A stretch of 64,000 nucleotides of DNA from Octopus sinensis (lineage: Eukaryota): NCBI RefSeq assembly GCF_006345805.1, contig NC_042998.1:5456001-5520000 (forward strand), read 5' to 3'. Positions 52,096 to 64,000 of the stretch are shown here, in pieces; positions within the stretch are counted from its first letter, which is position 1; each line of letters begins with the position of its first letter. The notes under the pieces were generated by a model. The model was not told where the DNA came from and did no database searches. It saw nothing but the letters and a program-made list of their open reading frames with translations. Made by a program: the position numbers and the translations under genes.

Positions 52096-53054
52096 TGATA
52101 ATATTCTTCCTTCAGAGAAAGTAAGATATTATCATTTTGAAATACAAACAACTTAAAGATGTTTCTAAAATCATCTTACTTGATTTTAAAAGAGATTTTA
52201 ATGAAGGGATCCAAGATTTTCAGTTCTCAACATTTGGTCAGCCAGTTTGTGACTTTTCTACTCAATGAAATAGAAAACAAACAGATTGCAAGTAATGGTT
52301 GTTTTTGTAAACATCCAAGATTTCTTGAATATAACTAATATAATTATTAGTTGTTATGATGTATTTTAAACTTGAAATTCATATATTAAAGAAACAACAA
52401 AAGATTTTCTTGATAATCTTTCAAAACGAGGATGTCACCAATCCGATCTGTTTTTAGTTTGAAGTTCTTGAGTTTTCATTAGCACTCTTTTTAATGCGTT
52501 TATTGTTCTTTAGAATATACCATGGTTGCTGTCTTCGTTTGTGGGCGATGTCACGAACTGATCTTTCTAATTGAAAAAGAACAATAAATTTGGAAATCAT
52601 AAAGACGTTGAAATTCTTATAGAATTTCAATTATTGATTGAACAACATCGGTAATAACATTCAATACATTTCACGTACCAACTGAATAGTAAGTTTATTC
52701 GTAATGCATGTCAGAGACGAAGAAACTAAAGAAACATGAATGACTATAGGAATAAATAACTAATTTTATTGAGAAAAGTTATAAGTGAAAGAAAATATTC
52801 AGTAACTTTTAGCATATACCGTACACAGAGAAAAATAAGTTGTTATTGACTGAATTTCTAAAATTCTAAAGAATGTCAGTCTAACCTCAAGGCTAGTACA
52901 GTACGCCAAAAAAAATAACACTTATTATATAAATAATAAAGGATTCGGTATGTTCATAATTTGACAAAAGAAATTCGTCGGGAATTTAAAGAAAAAAAGA
53001 GGAATGGTAGAAAATTATGAAATAAAGCCTATATATATATATATATATTATATA

Positions 53055-53094
<40 letters not shown>

Positions 53095-54064
53095 ATGTAT
53101 GTATGTATGTATGTATGTATGTATATATGTATGTGTCTGCTTAGTAGTATTAACATTCAGTTCTTAGAGTTGTTTATGATGTGTATGGGGTAGGGGTGTA
53201 TAGAGATGAAACTAAGCTTACTACTAGTTAAGTGGGTGAAAACAGATCTAATGCTAAGAACAGTAAAAAGTATAAGTGTGCTGAGACATGTGATACAAAG
53301 AAAAGAATTAAAACCATGAATATAAGCCAATCAATGCGTTGCCGCATTGCCTCAAAAGTATAGTATACAACTCCGGAAATATTTCATTTTTTAATATAAC
53401 TTCGGTAAAACAACCTTAACTAGTAATTGTCATACACTTGCCTGTCAGAATAGTTTAATTTTTCTTAAGATAAATTACTACTTTAAATCTGCTACTGGAA
53501 TCGCATTCATGTACTTTCTGTATATCTACGTCTATTTATGTGTTTGTCGAATTTTATAACTGTTGAGGTGTGTTCACTCACTGGCTCTGGAATGAAATTT
53601 GCTTAGTGGGTGCAAACCCAAGTCCAAAAATATTTACAAACAGGTTTTTTTTTTTTTTTGCTATTTTTGTGTTTTGTTCTTTGAGAAGGAACCTAACTTC
53701 AAGCTACTTTTTACACATCACTTTTTTATTTACCGTTTTCTAAACCCGAGGAAAATAAGTAGGGCTGCAAATTTTGTTTCTGAATTCCACCAAAATTCTA
53801 GGGAGTGCACTTGCACCACCTGCACCCCCTGTTCCCGGGCCCATGTAGTTCACTGTACACTCATTTATGCTGTTAGAAACCATGAGCTCGTTGCCCCGTG
53901 TTGACCCACCCAAATGTTTATAAAAGAGCTCTCTATTTCGCTCATTAAAAACAAGCCTACTTGCTCGCATAATTAGGCGCCGTTAAAGATACCTGACCAT
54001 GGTAATAACAAAATATCTATGCAATCCTTCTTAAGCCGACAGTCATTTATGTTAAAAGGAAAAT

Positions 54065-54730
54065 CTTGTAACGGATCAGTTGTACGGATCAGTCCAGGGA
54101 TGACGGGACATATCCGGCATCCACGTGAGACGAACAGTTACAACTTCCAAACAGATTGAATCTCATGGTGTCGGTCGAGGTAAACCTTGCAGCTTCAAAC
54201 TTCCCAGGAACGTAACAGAACAGCCAGCTCGTGAAACAACATGCGAGTGACTGAGCACTCCACAGACACGCCTACTCAGTGTAGTTCTGAGGGAGGTTCA
54301 GCGTGACACAGAATGTGATAAGGCTGACCCTTTGAATTATAGGCACATCACATTTTGTCAGCTGAGTATAGTGGAACAACGTGAAATACAGTGTCTTGCT
54401 TAAGGGCACAACGCGCTGCCAGGAAACGAAATCATGACCTTACGATCATAAGCCGAATACCTTAACCACTGAGCCACCAGCCTTTAAACTTCCTTCATAT
54501 CATTTTTTATGCGCCCTTTTCGAGCCTAGCCAGGATCATGAGCCTGGTTTCCCGGTTTCTGTGGCGTATGTGTTCACCCAAGCTGGACGGGACGCCAGTC
54601 CATCGCAGCGTTACTCAAGAAACAGGAAGAAAGAGTGAGAGAAAGTTGGGGCGAAAGAGTACAACAGGGGTGGCCCCCCCGCCCCCGCCCCCCCTCGAAG
54701 GAGCCTCGTGGAGCTTTAGGTGTTTTTGCT
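54065..54730 (-). mobile_element. Cluster of SINE family C-related copies
   Basis: Heads and bodies similar to 36536, 17850 and 58975. Confidence 0.7.
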
Positions 54731-55204
54731 TAGGAATTCATTTCTTATCAGAACGATCAGAGCGAGTTTTCCGAGCTACCGTACCTTCGTAAACACCATT
54801 GGACTCATTCAACTCTTTCCAAATCCTCTGCACCGTCTCCAAACTGACACCCAAACACTCTGAAATGTTCGTATTGATGTTTCCGGTGCGAATACCAAGC
54901 AGTACAGCATGTTGTTTACAAATTTCTTGCAGAGTGAATTACGTCATAGTGCAGTTTTCTCACAGACGGTGCCCAACTGATCCTACTATACTGTGAAGTC
55001 GATAAAATTAAGAAGCAAGCAATGCGCATGCACGAAATTGAAAATATAAAATGGTGACAATTTACCCATCGCACCTTGTATATAATCTGTATTATTTAAA
55101 ACACGTTAAGATAATGTCTATATCTTATATTATTGAGATTTATATATATTTCATATTAATATACAGACATACAACATACATACATACATACATACATACA
55201 TACA

Positions 55205-55240
<36 letters not shown>

Positions 55241-55320
55241 TATGTTTGTGTGTGTGTGTTCATACATAATATATGTATTTTGGTTCATATATATATAATA
55301 TTAATAAGTATATATATATC

Positions 55321-55365
<45 letters not shown>

Positions 55366-55400
55366 AAATATATGTATATATATATATATGTAACATATAT

Positions 55401-55443
<43 letters not shown>

Positions 55444-56781
55444 TATGATATACTGATGTATAATACATATATATATATGTGTGTTGTGTATGTGTGTGTG
55501 TGTGGTGTGCACATGTGTATAGTCATTACTTTATGGTGCTGTTATTTGTATATCTCTCTTTGAGAGACATAGAAATAATAATATTTCTATTTTATATATA
55601 TATATATATATACACAACCTATATTTTTCCTAACTCTTTATTTTTTTCATCAGCTGAACATATGATGGTATTAAAGCTTATTTAATATTCTTTTATTTGC
55701 ATTGGCTCACCTTCAGGTTTTTACTGACTTATATGAATTCCAAATCCTGCGGCCAATAATTATCTAAAATATAATATTACTTACAATTTCCCCGCTAGAT
55801 TATTTCATGACAACAAACCCATCCCTGGAGCTACATGACTTCATGAAGATAAATTATTCATTAGTTTATAAAATAATATCACATTTCGCCATATCTGATA
55901 AAATAATATACAACGATCTACCTATGTGTCTCTATATCTATTTCTTTATTTGTCTGTAGTTATGCCTATCTCCACTGGCATGTGCACATGGGCTTTAGTA
56001 TGTAGATGCATAAATGTATATACATGCATGTGTATAGTGCAGACAGATGTGTTCTAAACCATGCACTATATATGCATCTAAATATAAAAATTTTAAATAT
56101 ATGTATGAATATTTATGTGCATGTAAACATACATACATACATGTATGTATATATATATATAATATATATATCTATATATATATGTATATATGTATATATA
56201 TTATACATATATGTACACACCCATGCGTGTATATGTTTCTACAGAGAGAAAGTTATACACACTCACACACATACATATTGTTAGAAACTGAAGCTAATAT
56301 ATATACTCTCTAATTTATAGGCTGATTCCTCTTTCACTTTTTCCATACACAAAGGCACACCAACCAAAATATGTGTGTGTTTGCGTGCATAACACACGCA
56401 CATACATGTGCATATTATCATTAAATGATGAAGATAATGATGATGATGATGATATATATATATATATATATATATTACATACATATATATACATATATAT
56501 GACTTTATATATATATACACACACACATACATGCACACAGACTTACGCGCACACATACTTACACACTCACGCAGGCACACACACAGACACACACACACAC
56601 AGACACACACACACACACACAGACACACACACACACACACCACACACACACACATATCATTTTATATCATTTGCATGACATATATTTCCCTTTTCATACT
56701 GTCGGGTAGAATAGTTTATGTAATTTATTCTAGAAATAGAAATATCTATTATTTAATGTAAAAGATATGATGAAAGTTCAG

Positions 56782-56812
<31 letters not shown>

Positions 56813-57189
56813 CCAACAGAATATGTGCGTCAGAAGCAATATTAGATTAAAATAGCCATCTGTGTATCATACTTTATGCAGATGCATCATGAAAAGGCAA
56901 AATAACCATGGTATTTGTCCGGAGATAATATGTCTTATGGGTGTACTGTGTTAAAAATACAAATCTTCCAACAGTAGGCGTCGTTTGTAGCTACTGATAT
57001 ATACAAAATGTTATAAATGACAATGTGTCCTTTTCATACGAATTCAAAAACTACATTTGAATTCAATATGTAGAATTCATTAATGTATTGCTAGCATTAC
57101 ATGCATGCTTAAGTATGGGTGTGTGCATGTGTGAATTTGTATATGTGTATCTGTATATATAAAAATACACATACTTATATACACAGCCT

Positions 57190-58445
57190 CTATTTCTGAT
57201 TCCCAACACGGCTTCGTGCCGAAGAGATCATGTTTGACCAACTTACTGGTAATGGAAGAATTGGTGACGCGCATCTTCGATGATAGTGATGCTGTTGACA
57301 TCGTTTTATTGGACTTTGCCAAAGCTTTTGACTGTAACCCGCCTTTACTTGTCAAGCTTCAAGCATATAGTTTCCATCCGGATATTATACGATGGGTTGG
57401 TGCCTTCCTCTCAGATCGCTCCTTCCAAGTCCAAGTTAATGGTTCACGGTCCGACGTCTCCAGTGCGAGCAGTGGCATGCCTCAAGGTTCAGTGCTTGGG
57501 CCCTTGTTGTTCTTAGTCTTCATAAATGACTTGCCCGACGACCTCACGCAACACACCCTTCTATTTGCCGACGATATCAAACTGGTCGCTCCTCGCGGTA
57601 GTATAGAGGATCTTCGTCGATGCCTCCACCAAATTTGGAAGTGGTCTAACGAATGGGACCTGTGTCTGAACGTGTCAAAATGCTGTCATCTGCCTGTTGG
57701 CTCTCCTCCTGCAACTCAACTTGATTTCGAGCAGGGTCGTCTGCTGCTGGAGAGGACCGATCAGGTAAAGGACCTGGGTATCTTGGTGGATTCCTCCTTT
57801 TCGCCTTCGGCCCAGTGCTTCCATGCTGCCAACAAAGCACGCGGAGTTCTGTTCTTGATTCGACGGTCATTCGGAATGCTCACAGCAGCCATATTCCTAC
57901 CGCTCTATGTCACGCTGGTGAGACCCATATTGGAGTATGGGATTCAAGCCTCTTCTCCTTATCTCCTCAAAGACATACAGCATCTCGAAAGAGTCCAGAA
58001 GCTGGCTACCCGTATGGTTCATGGTCTCAAGAATTTCTTATGAAGAAAGGCTGAAGACGCTCGACCTTTATCCTGTAGAAAAACGCCACCGCCGTGGTGA
58101 TCTCATTCTCACTCACAACATTATAAGCGGAAAGTGTAACCTCTTGAAAGAGCTGTTCTTCACTCCTGCTCCAGAGCGTCGGCTGCGGGGTCATACCGAA
58201 AAGCTCTACCTGCGACGATTTCATCTCAATCGAAGGAGAGGAGCTTTCTCCGTCCGGGTTGCGGATCCGTGGAACAAGCTGCCAGACGAGATGGTGAAGA
58301 TGCCGACGACCGCTTTGTTCAAAGTCTCCCTTGACCACAAGTGGCCTGAACTCTTTACATGAACACCACCCTGTACATAACTCCATGTTCCCCTACATGG
58401 CCTTGCTTTTTGCTTTTGAACCAAAAAATTAACTAACTAACTAAC
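57190..58445 (+). mobile_element. 5'-truncated CR1-type LINE (RT and C-terminus, (TAAC)n tail)
   Basis: SQHGFVPKRSCLTNLL, LDFAKAFD, GMPQGSVLGPLLF, FADDIKL, YVTLVRPILEYG, RRGDLI, FSVRVADPWNKLP; frameshift near 58040. Confidence 0.93.
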
Positions 58446-58728
58446 ATACACATTTACATATGTGTGTGTGTATACAAAAAAATAAAGAGAGAATTCGTGA
58501 ACAGATATATGTTTGAATATATATACATGGTGCTGATCCAGTTGATGGAAATTCTTTCAAGAATATTCAAGTGTGTGTATGTATGTATGTACATATGAAT
58601 GAATGAATCTATGTATAAATATATAAATGTGTGTATGTATACATAATATTTGTATACATATGAATGTACATGTGTGTGTATGTGTCTGTATGTTTGTCAG
58701 TTTGTATTTATGTATATATGTATATAAC

Positions 58729-58794
<66 letters not shown>

Positions 58795-58836
58795 TATATG
58801 TATGTATATAGATATATATATGTATGTATACATATG

Positions 58837-58871
<35 letters not shown>

Positions 58872-58974
58872 ACACACATATATGTATACATATATATACA
58901 TATATATGCATCTATATATACATATATATATACCTGCATATATACATACATATGAAAATAATAAATAAATGGGC

Positions 58975-59190
58975 CCTATTTAAAGCCTAGCCAGGCTCAT
59001 GGGCCTGGTTTCCCAGTTTCTGTGGCATATGTGTTCCCCAGCTGGATGGGACGCCAGTCCATCGCAGCGTTACTCATTTTTGCCAGCTGAGTGGACTGGA
59101 GCTACGTGAAAGGAAGTGTCTTGCTCAAAAACACAACGCGTCGCCTGGTCCAGGAATCGAAACCACAATCTCACCACTAAGCCACGCGCC
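58975..59190 (-). mobile_element. tRNA-derived SINE (family C-related)
   Basis: Minus head ggaggcgcgtggcttagtgg..ggtttcgattcc; tail shared with 54520-54610. Confidence 0.8.
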
Positions 59191-59196
59191 TCCAAA

Positions 59197-59231
<35 letters not shown>

Positions 59232-59380
59232 TATATATATATTACATATATACATATATGTATGTATATAGATATATGTTTATGTATTTATACATATATA
59301 TACATACACACATATATGTGCATATATATACATATATATATACATGCATACATACATACATACATACATATACATACATA

Positions 59381-59439
<59 letters not shown>

Positions 59440-59522
59440 CCATATGATATCATATTAAATATATAAAATTTCATATGATATTGCTTCCTAATCATGATGT
59501 AATTTCATTGAAATATTCATAG

Positions 59523-59831
59523 GATGCTTGTGTCGGCTTTGGGCGAGAATCCTATGAATTTTCATGGATACTTGTTAAGATATTATGGACTTCTCAAGCT
59601 TATAATTATTTAAAAGACGGACAGGGAATTAATTCAAGCAGAACAGCTGAAGCTGTGAAGAAATTTAAAAATACACTAATTTGGTGTTATTCAAACAGAT
59701 CCATTGAGGAACTGATAAAAGAAATCGACCTGACCAAACCTAAATTGATTGCTGCTAAGCTTTTGGCATTGCCTCAAAGCAGTATCATCAAATTATGTCA
59801 GCTATATGTTAGCTCATCATCTGCTAACTGA
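59523..59831 (+). other. 102-codon ATG-less open frame after an AG acceptor (candidate terminal exon or unknown TE fragment)
   Basis: attcatag|DACVGFGRESYEFSW..KKFKNTLIWCYSNRSIEELIKEIDL..SSSAN*; not low complexity; not recognised. Confidence 0.25.
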
Positions 59832-59986
59832 CTCTAATACTCTCTTTATCTCTTCTTCCTCTCCTCACTCCTCACTACTCCATTTCATCTCTGTTTTATC
59901 TCTCGTTTTACATCTGCTCCTTCTTGTAGTTCTGCAAGTTTTCATTGCCATTTTACTCCTTCCAATTTTTATACCTCTTTCTTTCC

Positions 59987-60042
<56 letters not shown>

Positions 60043-60954
60043 TTCTCTTTCTCCCTCTGTCTTTCACTTTCTATTCTATTCTGTTCTATCTTATTACATC
60101 ACCAACGCTCTTTCTCCTTATTTACCACATTCTTTCTCACCCCCAGTTTACCATTATCCCTGCTGTTCCCTACATCCCTTTATTCTCATTCTTTCACACT
60201 TAGTGCCATCTAATTCTGCAACTGTCCCTTCATGGATAAAATTGGTTCATATTCCCAGTTTATTTCAGCTGCAAACCCTTAAATTAATCTAAAATTATTT
60301 TTGTCACAGCATATTGTTGTTGTTGTTGTTCTTGTTGTTTTCTCATCATTATTGCTGTTGTAGCTACCATTGGCCTGTTACCAAGGAACAAACTACCCGT
60401 ACAGCCTCATGTTATTTCCTTCCTTCACTACAATAACTTCACAATATGCTAAAAATGCTCTTTTACAAAATTTATTTACATTATTTTAATTATAAACGTT
60501 GATTTATTTAATGACACGCATTCTATCTGTACAGGTAGAGGCATGGCTTTGTGGTTAAGAAGTTGGCTTCCCGGGTGTATTGTTTTGCTTTCAGTCCAAC
60601 TGTGCAAGCGTCTTCTCCCTTAGTCTTGTCTGACCAATGCTTTGTGAGTGGATTTGGTAGATAGTAACTGAAAAAAGGGCATCATTATATATATATACAT
60701 ATGTGTGTGTGTTTGTGTGTGTGTGTGTGCGTGTATGTGTGTGTGTATGTATATATATATATATATATATGATATATATGTATATATATATGTGTGTATA
60801 TATATATACATATATATATACATATATATATGTATGTATATATATGTATATATATATGTATATATGTATATATATATATATATGTATATATATATGTATA
60901 TATGCATATATAATATAATATATATATATAATATATTATAATATATATATATAC

Positions 60955-63527
60955 ATGGAGGATGGTTCACTTGCGCTAAATGAGGATGCAAAGAGAGAAG
61001 CTTGGAGACGCCACTATGAAGGTTACTGAATGAGGAAAATGAATGGGAAAAGAGAGTCTGCCGAATGTTGACCCTACAGAGGGACCAGCTATCCGAGTTG
61101 ATAGTTCCGTGGTAGCTAAGGCAATTAGAAGCATGAAGACAGGGAAAGCCCCAGGCCCATCAGGAATTACTGCAGAGATGCTCAAAATATCTGGCAGTGT
61201 CGGCTATAACCTAGTCACCCGTATAGTCAACCAGGTGATACACGAAGGAGTCATACCCAATGACTGGTGCAGCAGCATACTAGTCAACTGCTACAAAGGT
61301 AAAGGTGATGCCCTAGATACAAATAATTACAGAGGTATCAAGCTGTTGGATCAAGTAATGAAGGTTACGGAGAGGGTCATAGCCCAACTAATCAGAGAGA
61401 GAGTTAGTTTAGATGAGATGCAGTTTGGGTTCGTGCCAGGAAAAAGTACCACTGATGCTATATCCCTGGTAAGGCAGCTGCAGGAGAAATACCTAGCCAA
61501 AGATAAGCCCCTGTACCTGGCTTTCGTTGACATGGAGAAAGCTTTTGATAGGGTCCCCCGATCCCTTATCTGGTGGTCAATGAGGAAACTAGGGATAGAT
61601 GAATGGCTGGTGAGGACTGTGCAAGCCATGTACAGAGATGCCGTAAGTAAGGTTAGGGTTGGCAACATGTACACAGAAGAATTCAAAGTAGAGGTTGGGG
61701 TCCACCAGGGTTCAGTACTCAGCCCCCTCCTATTTATCATAGTACTCCAGGCATTACGGAGGAATTCAAGACAGGCTGTCCCTGGGAGCTCCTCTACGCT
61801 GACGACCTTGCTCTTATTGCTGAGTCACTATCAGAACTGGAGGAGAAGTTCCAGGTGTGGAAGGAGGGTTTAGAATCAAGGGGCCTTAGAGTCAACCTAG
61901 CTAAAACCAAAGTACTAATAAGTAGAAGGTAGACAATCCACAAATATCTTCAGGAAGATGGCCCTGCTCGATCTGTAGAGTAAAAAGTGTAGGTAGAAAC
62001 TCTATAAGATGTACCCAGTGTAAGCTATGGACACATAAGAGGTGCAGCAATGTCAAAGGTAGGCTAACTGGGAAGATAGTTTTTGTATGTGGCAGATGCT
62101 CGGGAGCATTAACCTCCGAAAATCTGCAGAAAACAACTTCCGTCACTTTCCAGGGGGAAAAACTAGAAGTAGTTGATAGCTTCCGTTATCTAGGTGACCA
62201 AGTCAGTAGTGGGGGTGGGTGCGCTGAAAGTGTAACTGCTAGAATAAGAATAGCCTGGGCAAAGTTTAGGGAGCTCTTACCTCTGCTGGTGACTAAAGGC
62301 CTCTCGCTCAGAGTAAAAGGCAGACTGTATGATGCGTGTGTACGAACAGCCATGCTACATGGCAGCGAAACATGGGCTGTGACTGCTGAGGACATGCGTA
62401 AGCTCGTGAGGAATGAAGCCAGTATGCTCCGATGGATGTGTAATGTCAGTGTACATACTCGACAGAGCGTTAGCACCTTGAGAGAAATGTTGTACCTAAG
62501 AAGCATCAGTTGTGGTGTGTGCAAGAGAGACGATTGCGCTGGTATGGTCATGTGGCGAGAATGGATGAAGATAGGTGTGTGAGAAAGTGCCAATCCCTAG
62601 CAGTTGAGGGAACCCGTGGAAGAGGTAGACCCAGGAAACCTGGGACGAGGTGGTGAAGCACGACCTTCGAACTTTAGGCCTCACTGAGGAAATGACCAGA
62701 GACCGAGACCTTTGGAAATATTCTGTACGTGAGAAGACCAGGCAGGACAAGTGAGCCCAGCCCACTTATGAATGCCTTTCCTCCCTTGGACACAAAGACC
62801 GGTTGAGGCAAGCGAAGTCGATATAGAACCTCATCCGACGACAGACACCCATCCCAACCCCCCATGCTTGCGAAGACATGTTGGGGCAATCGAAATCGAA
62901 ACCGAATTGAACCAGCCAGGATCCCTGGCCTGGTGGTACGTAAAATACTCCAATGCGACCGTACGACAGGCACCCATGCCAACCCCCTTTGCTTGTGAAG
63001 ACATGTTGGGGCAAGCGAAATCGAAATCGAATTGAACCAGCCAGGATCCCTGGTCTGGTGGTACGTAAAAAGCACTATCCGACTCGTGGCCGTGGCACGT
63101 AAAATACTCCAATGCGACCGTACGACAGGCACCCTTGCCAACCCCCTTTGCTTGTGAAGACATGTTGGGGCAAGCGAAATCGAAATCGAATTGAACCAGC
63201 CAGGATCCCTGGTCTGGTGGTACGTAAAAAGCACTATCCGACTCGTGGCCGATGCCAGCACCGCCTCGACTGGCTTCCGTGCCGGTGGCACATAAAATAC
63301 ACCAATCTGACCGTGGCCGTTGCCAGCCCCGCCTGGCACCTGTGCAGGTGGCACGTAAAAAGCACCCACTACACTCACGGAGTGGTTGGCGTTAGGAAGG
63401 GCATCCAGCTGTAGAAACATTGCCAAATTAGACTGGAGCCTGGTGCAGCCTTCTGGCTTCCCAGAACCCCGGTCGAACCGTCCAACCCATGCTAGCATGG
63501 AGAACGGACGTTAAACGACGATGATGA

Positions 63528-63530
<3 letters not shown>
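60955..63530 (+). mobile_element. 5'-truncated RTE-clade LINE (RT, PHD-like insert, repeat-expanded 3' UTR, (GAT)n tail)
   Basis: MKTGKAPGPSGI, NYRGIKLL, MQFGFVPG, FVDMEKAFDRVP, GVHQGSVLSPLLF, ELLYADDL, GRGRPRK; few frameshifts. Confidence 0.95.
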
Positions 63531-63572
<42 letters not shown>

Positions 63573-63580
63573 AATATATA

Positions 63581-63790
63581 ACGGGAAGGTTTACGAAAAT
63601 AAACAAAAGATGAAGGCAGGTGGAGTACAAACAAACAAATGTATTAGTATGGCGCTCAGGAATAGAAATAGAACAAGTCTTTTACGTTTCGAGCCTATGC
63701 TCTTCGACAGAAAGATATACAGAAAAGAAACAAGGAGAGAAACAAAGAGAGAAAAAAATGAGTGTAGGAGCTAACGGTCTATCATGGCAT
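63581..63790 (-). mobile_element. Third copy of the small CUGUNGA hammerhead element, (TA)n-flanked
   Basis: Aligns over its whole length with 26125-26315. Confidence 0.85.
63678..63715 (-). ncRNA. Minimal hammerhead-like motif with CUGUCGA core
   Basis: UCUUU CUGUCGA A GAGC-AUAG-GCUC GAAAC GUA AAAGA. Confidence 0.65.
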
Positions 63791-63803
63791 ACACACATAT
63801 ATA

Positions 63804-64000
63804 TTGGGTCATCCTAAAAACAATGCGGTTTTTATACTTCTTTTATTTTCAAAATTAAGATAAACAAAGTTCTTTCCTAAACTAAAATACACTCTGCTTC
63901 ATTTTCTACAATGCTTTTCCATCTATTTGGTACACTTGCAAGGCCCATCTTCCAAAAGTCACTTGTCCGTGATGAAAAACAATCCTCTATTATTGTTCTG
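63804..64000 (-). mobile_element. Mariner transposon right end (transposase C-terminus and TIR), continues beyond the window
   Basis: Minus: EDCFSSRTSDFWKMGLASVPNRWKSIVENEAECI; TA|ttgggtcatcc terminus. Confidence 0.75.

Noticed and set aside
59749-60213. 154-aa hydrophobic ORF
   Set aside because: Built on CT-rich low-complexity sequence and (CT)n
62985-63035. gtgaaga..cgaaa in the RTE 3' UTR as a hammerhead
   Set aside because: Pairing gcttg/caagc encloses the would-be core; topology is wrong
62674-63498. 274-aa minus-strand ORF with repeats
   Set aside because: Antisense to the RTE 3' UTR tandem repeats; no recognisable motifs

Overview
AT-rich, microsatellite-saturated eukaryotic DNA. 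It is most consistent with an octopus (coleoid cephalopod) genome, inferred from the tRNA-derived SINE families and the (TA)n/(TATG)n/(CA)n/(GATA)n density. No intact host gene can be supported, and nearly all ORFs in the supplied track are microsatellite or antisense artefacts. The window is mostly mobile-element remnants: three SINE families, decayed LINEs (R4/Dong-like, CR1-group, RTE, RTE-X-like), a Penelope-like GIY-YIG remnant, a Helitron helicase remnant with several non-autonomous Helitrons, and mariner/Tc2/8-bp-TSD MITEs. The main signal, read by eye from the sequence, is nine type-I hammerhead ribozyme (HHR) motifs in about four small non-coding element groups. These are (i) a 481-bp retrozyme-like repeat forming a ~1.37 kb divergent inverted array (19042-20410), (ii) a tRNA-headed SINE-like element carrying an HHR, present as a head-to-head pair (23452-24030), (iii) a family whose catalytic core is consistently CUGUNGA, plus a CCGACGA relative, and (iv) a ~450-bp monomer with a long-stem-II HHR (944-1019). 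All HHR folds were assigned manually and none has been tested. Boundaries of old repeats are approximate.
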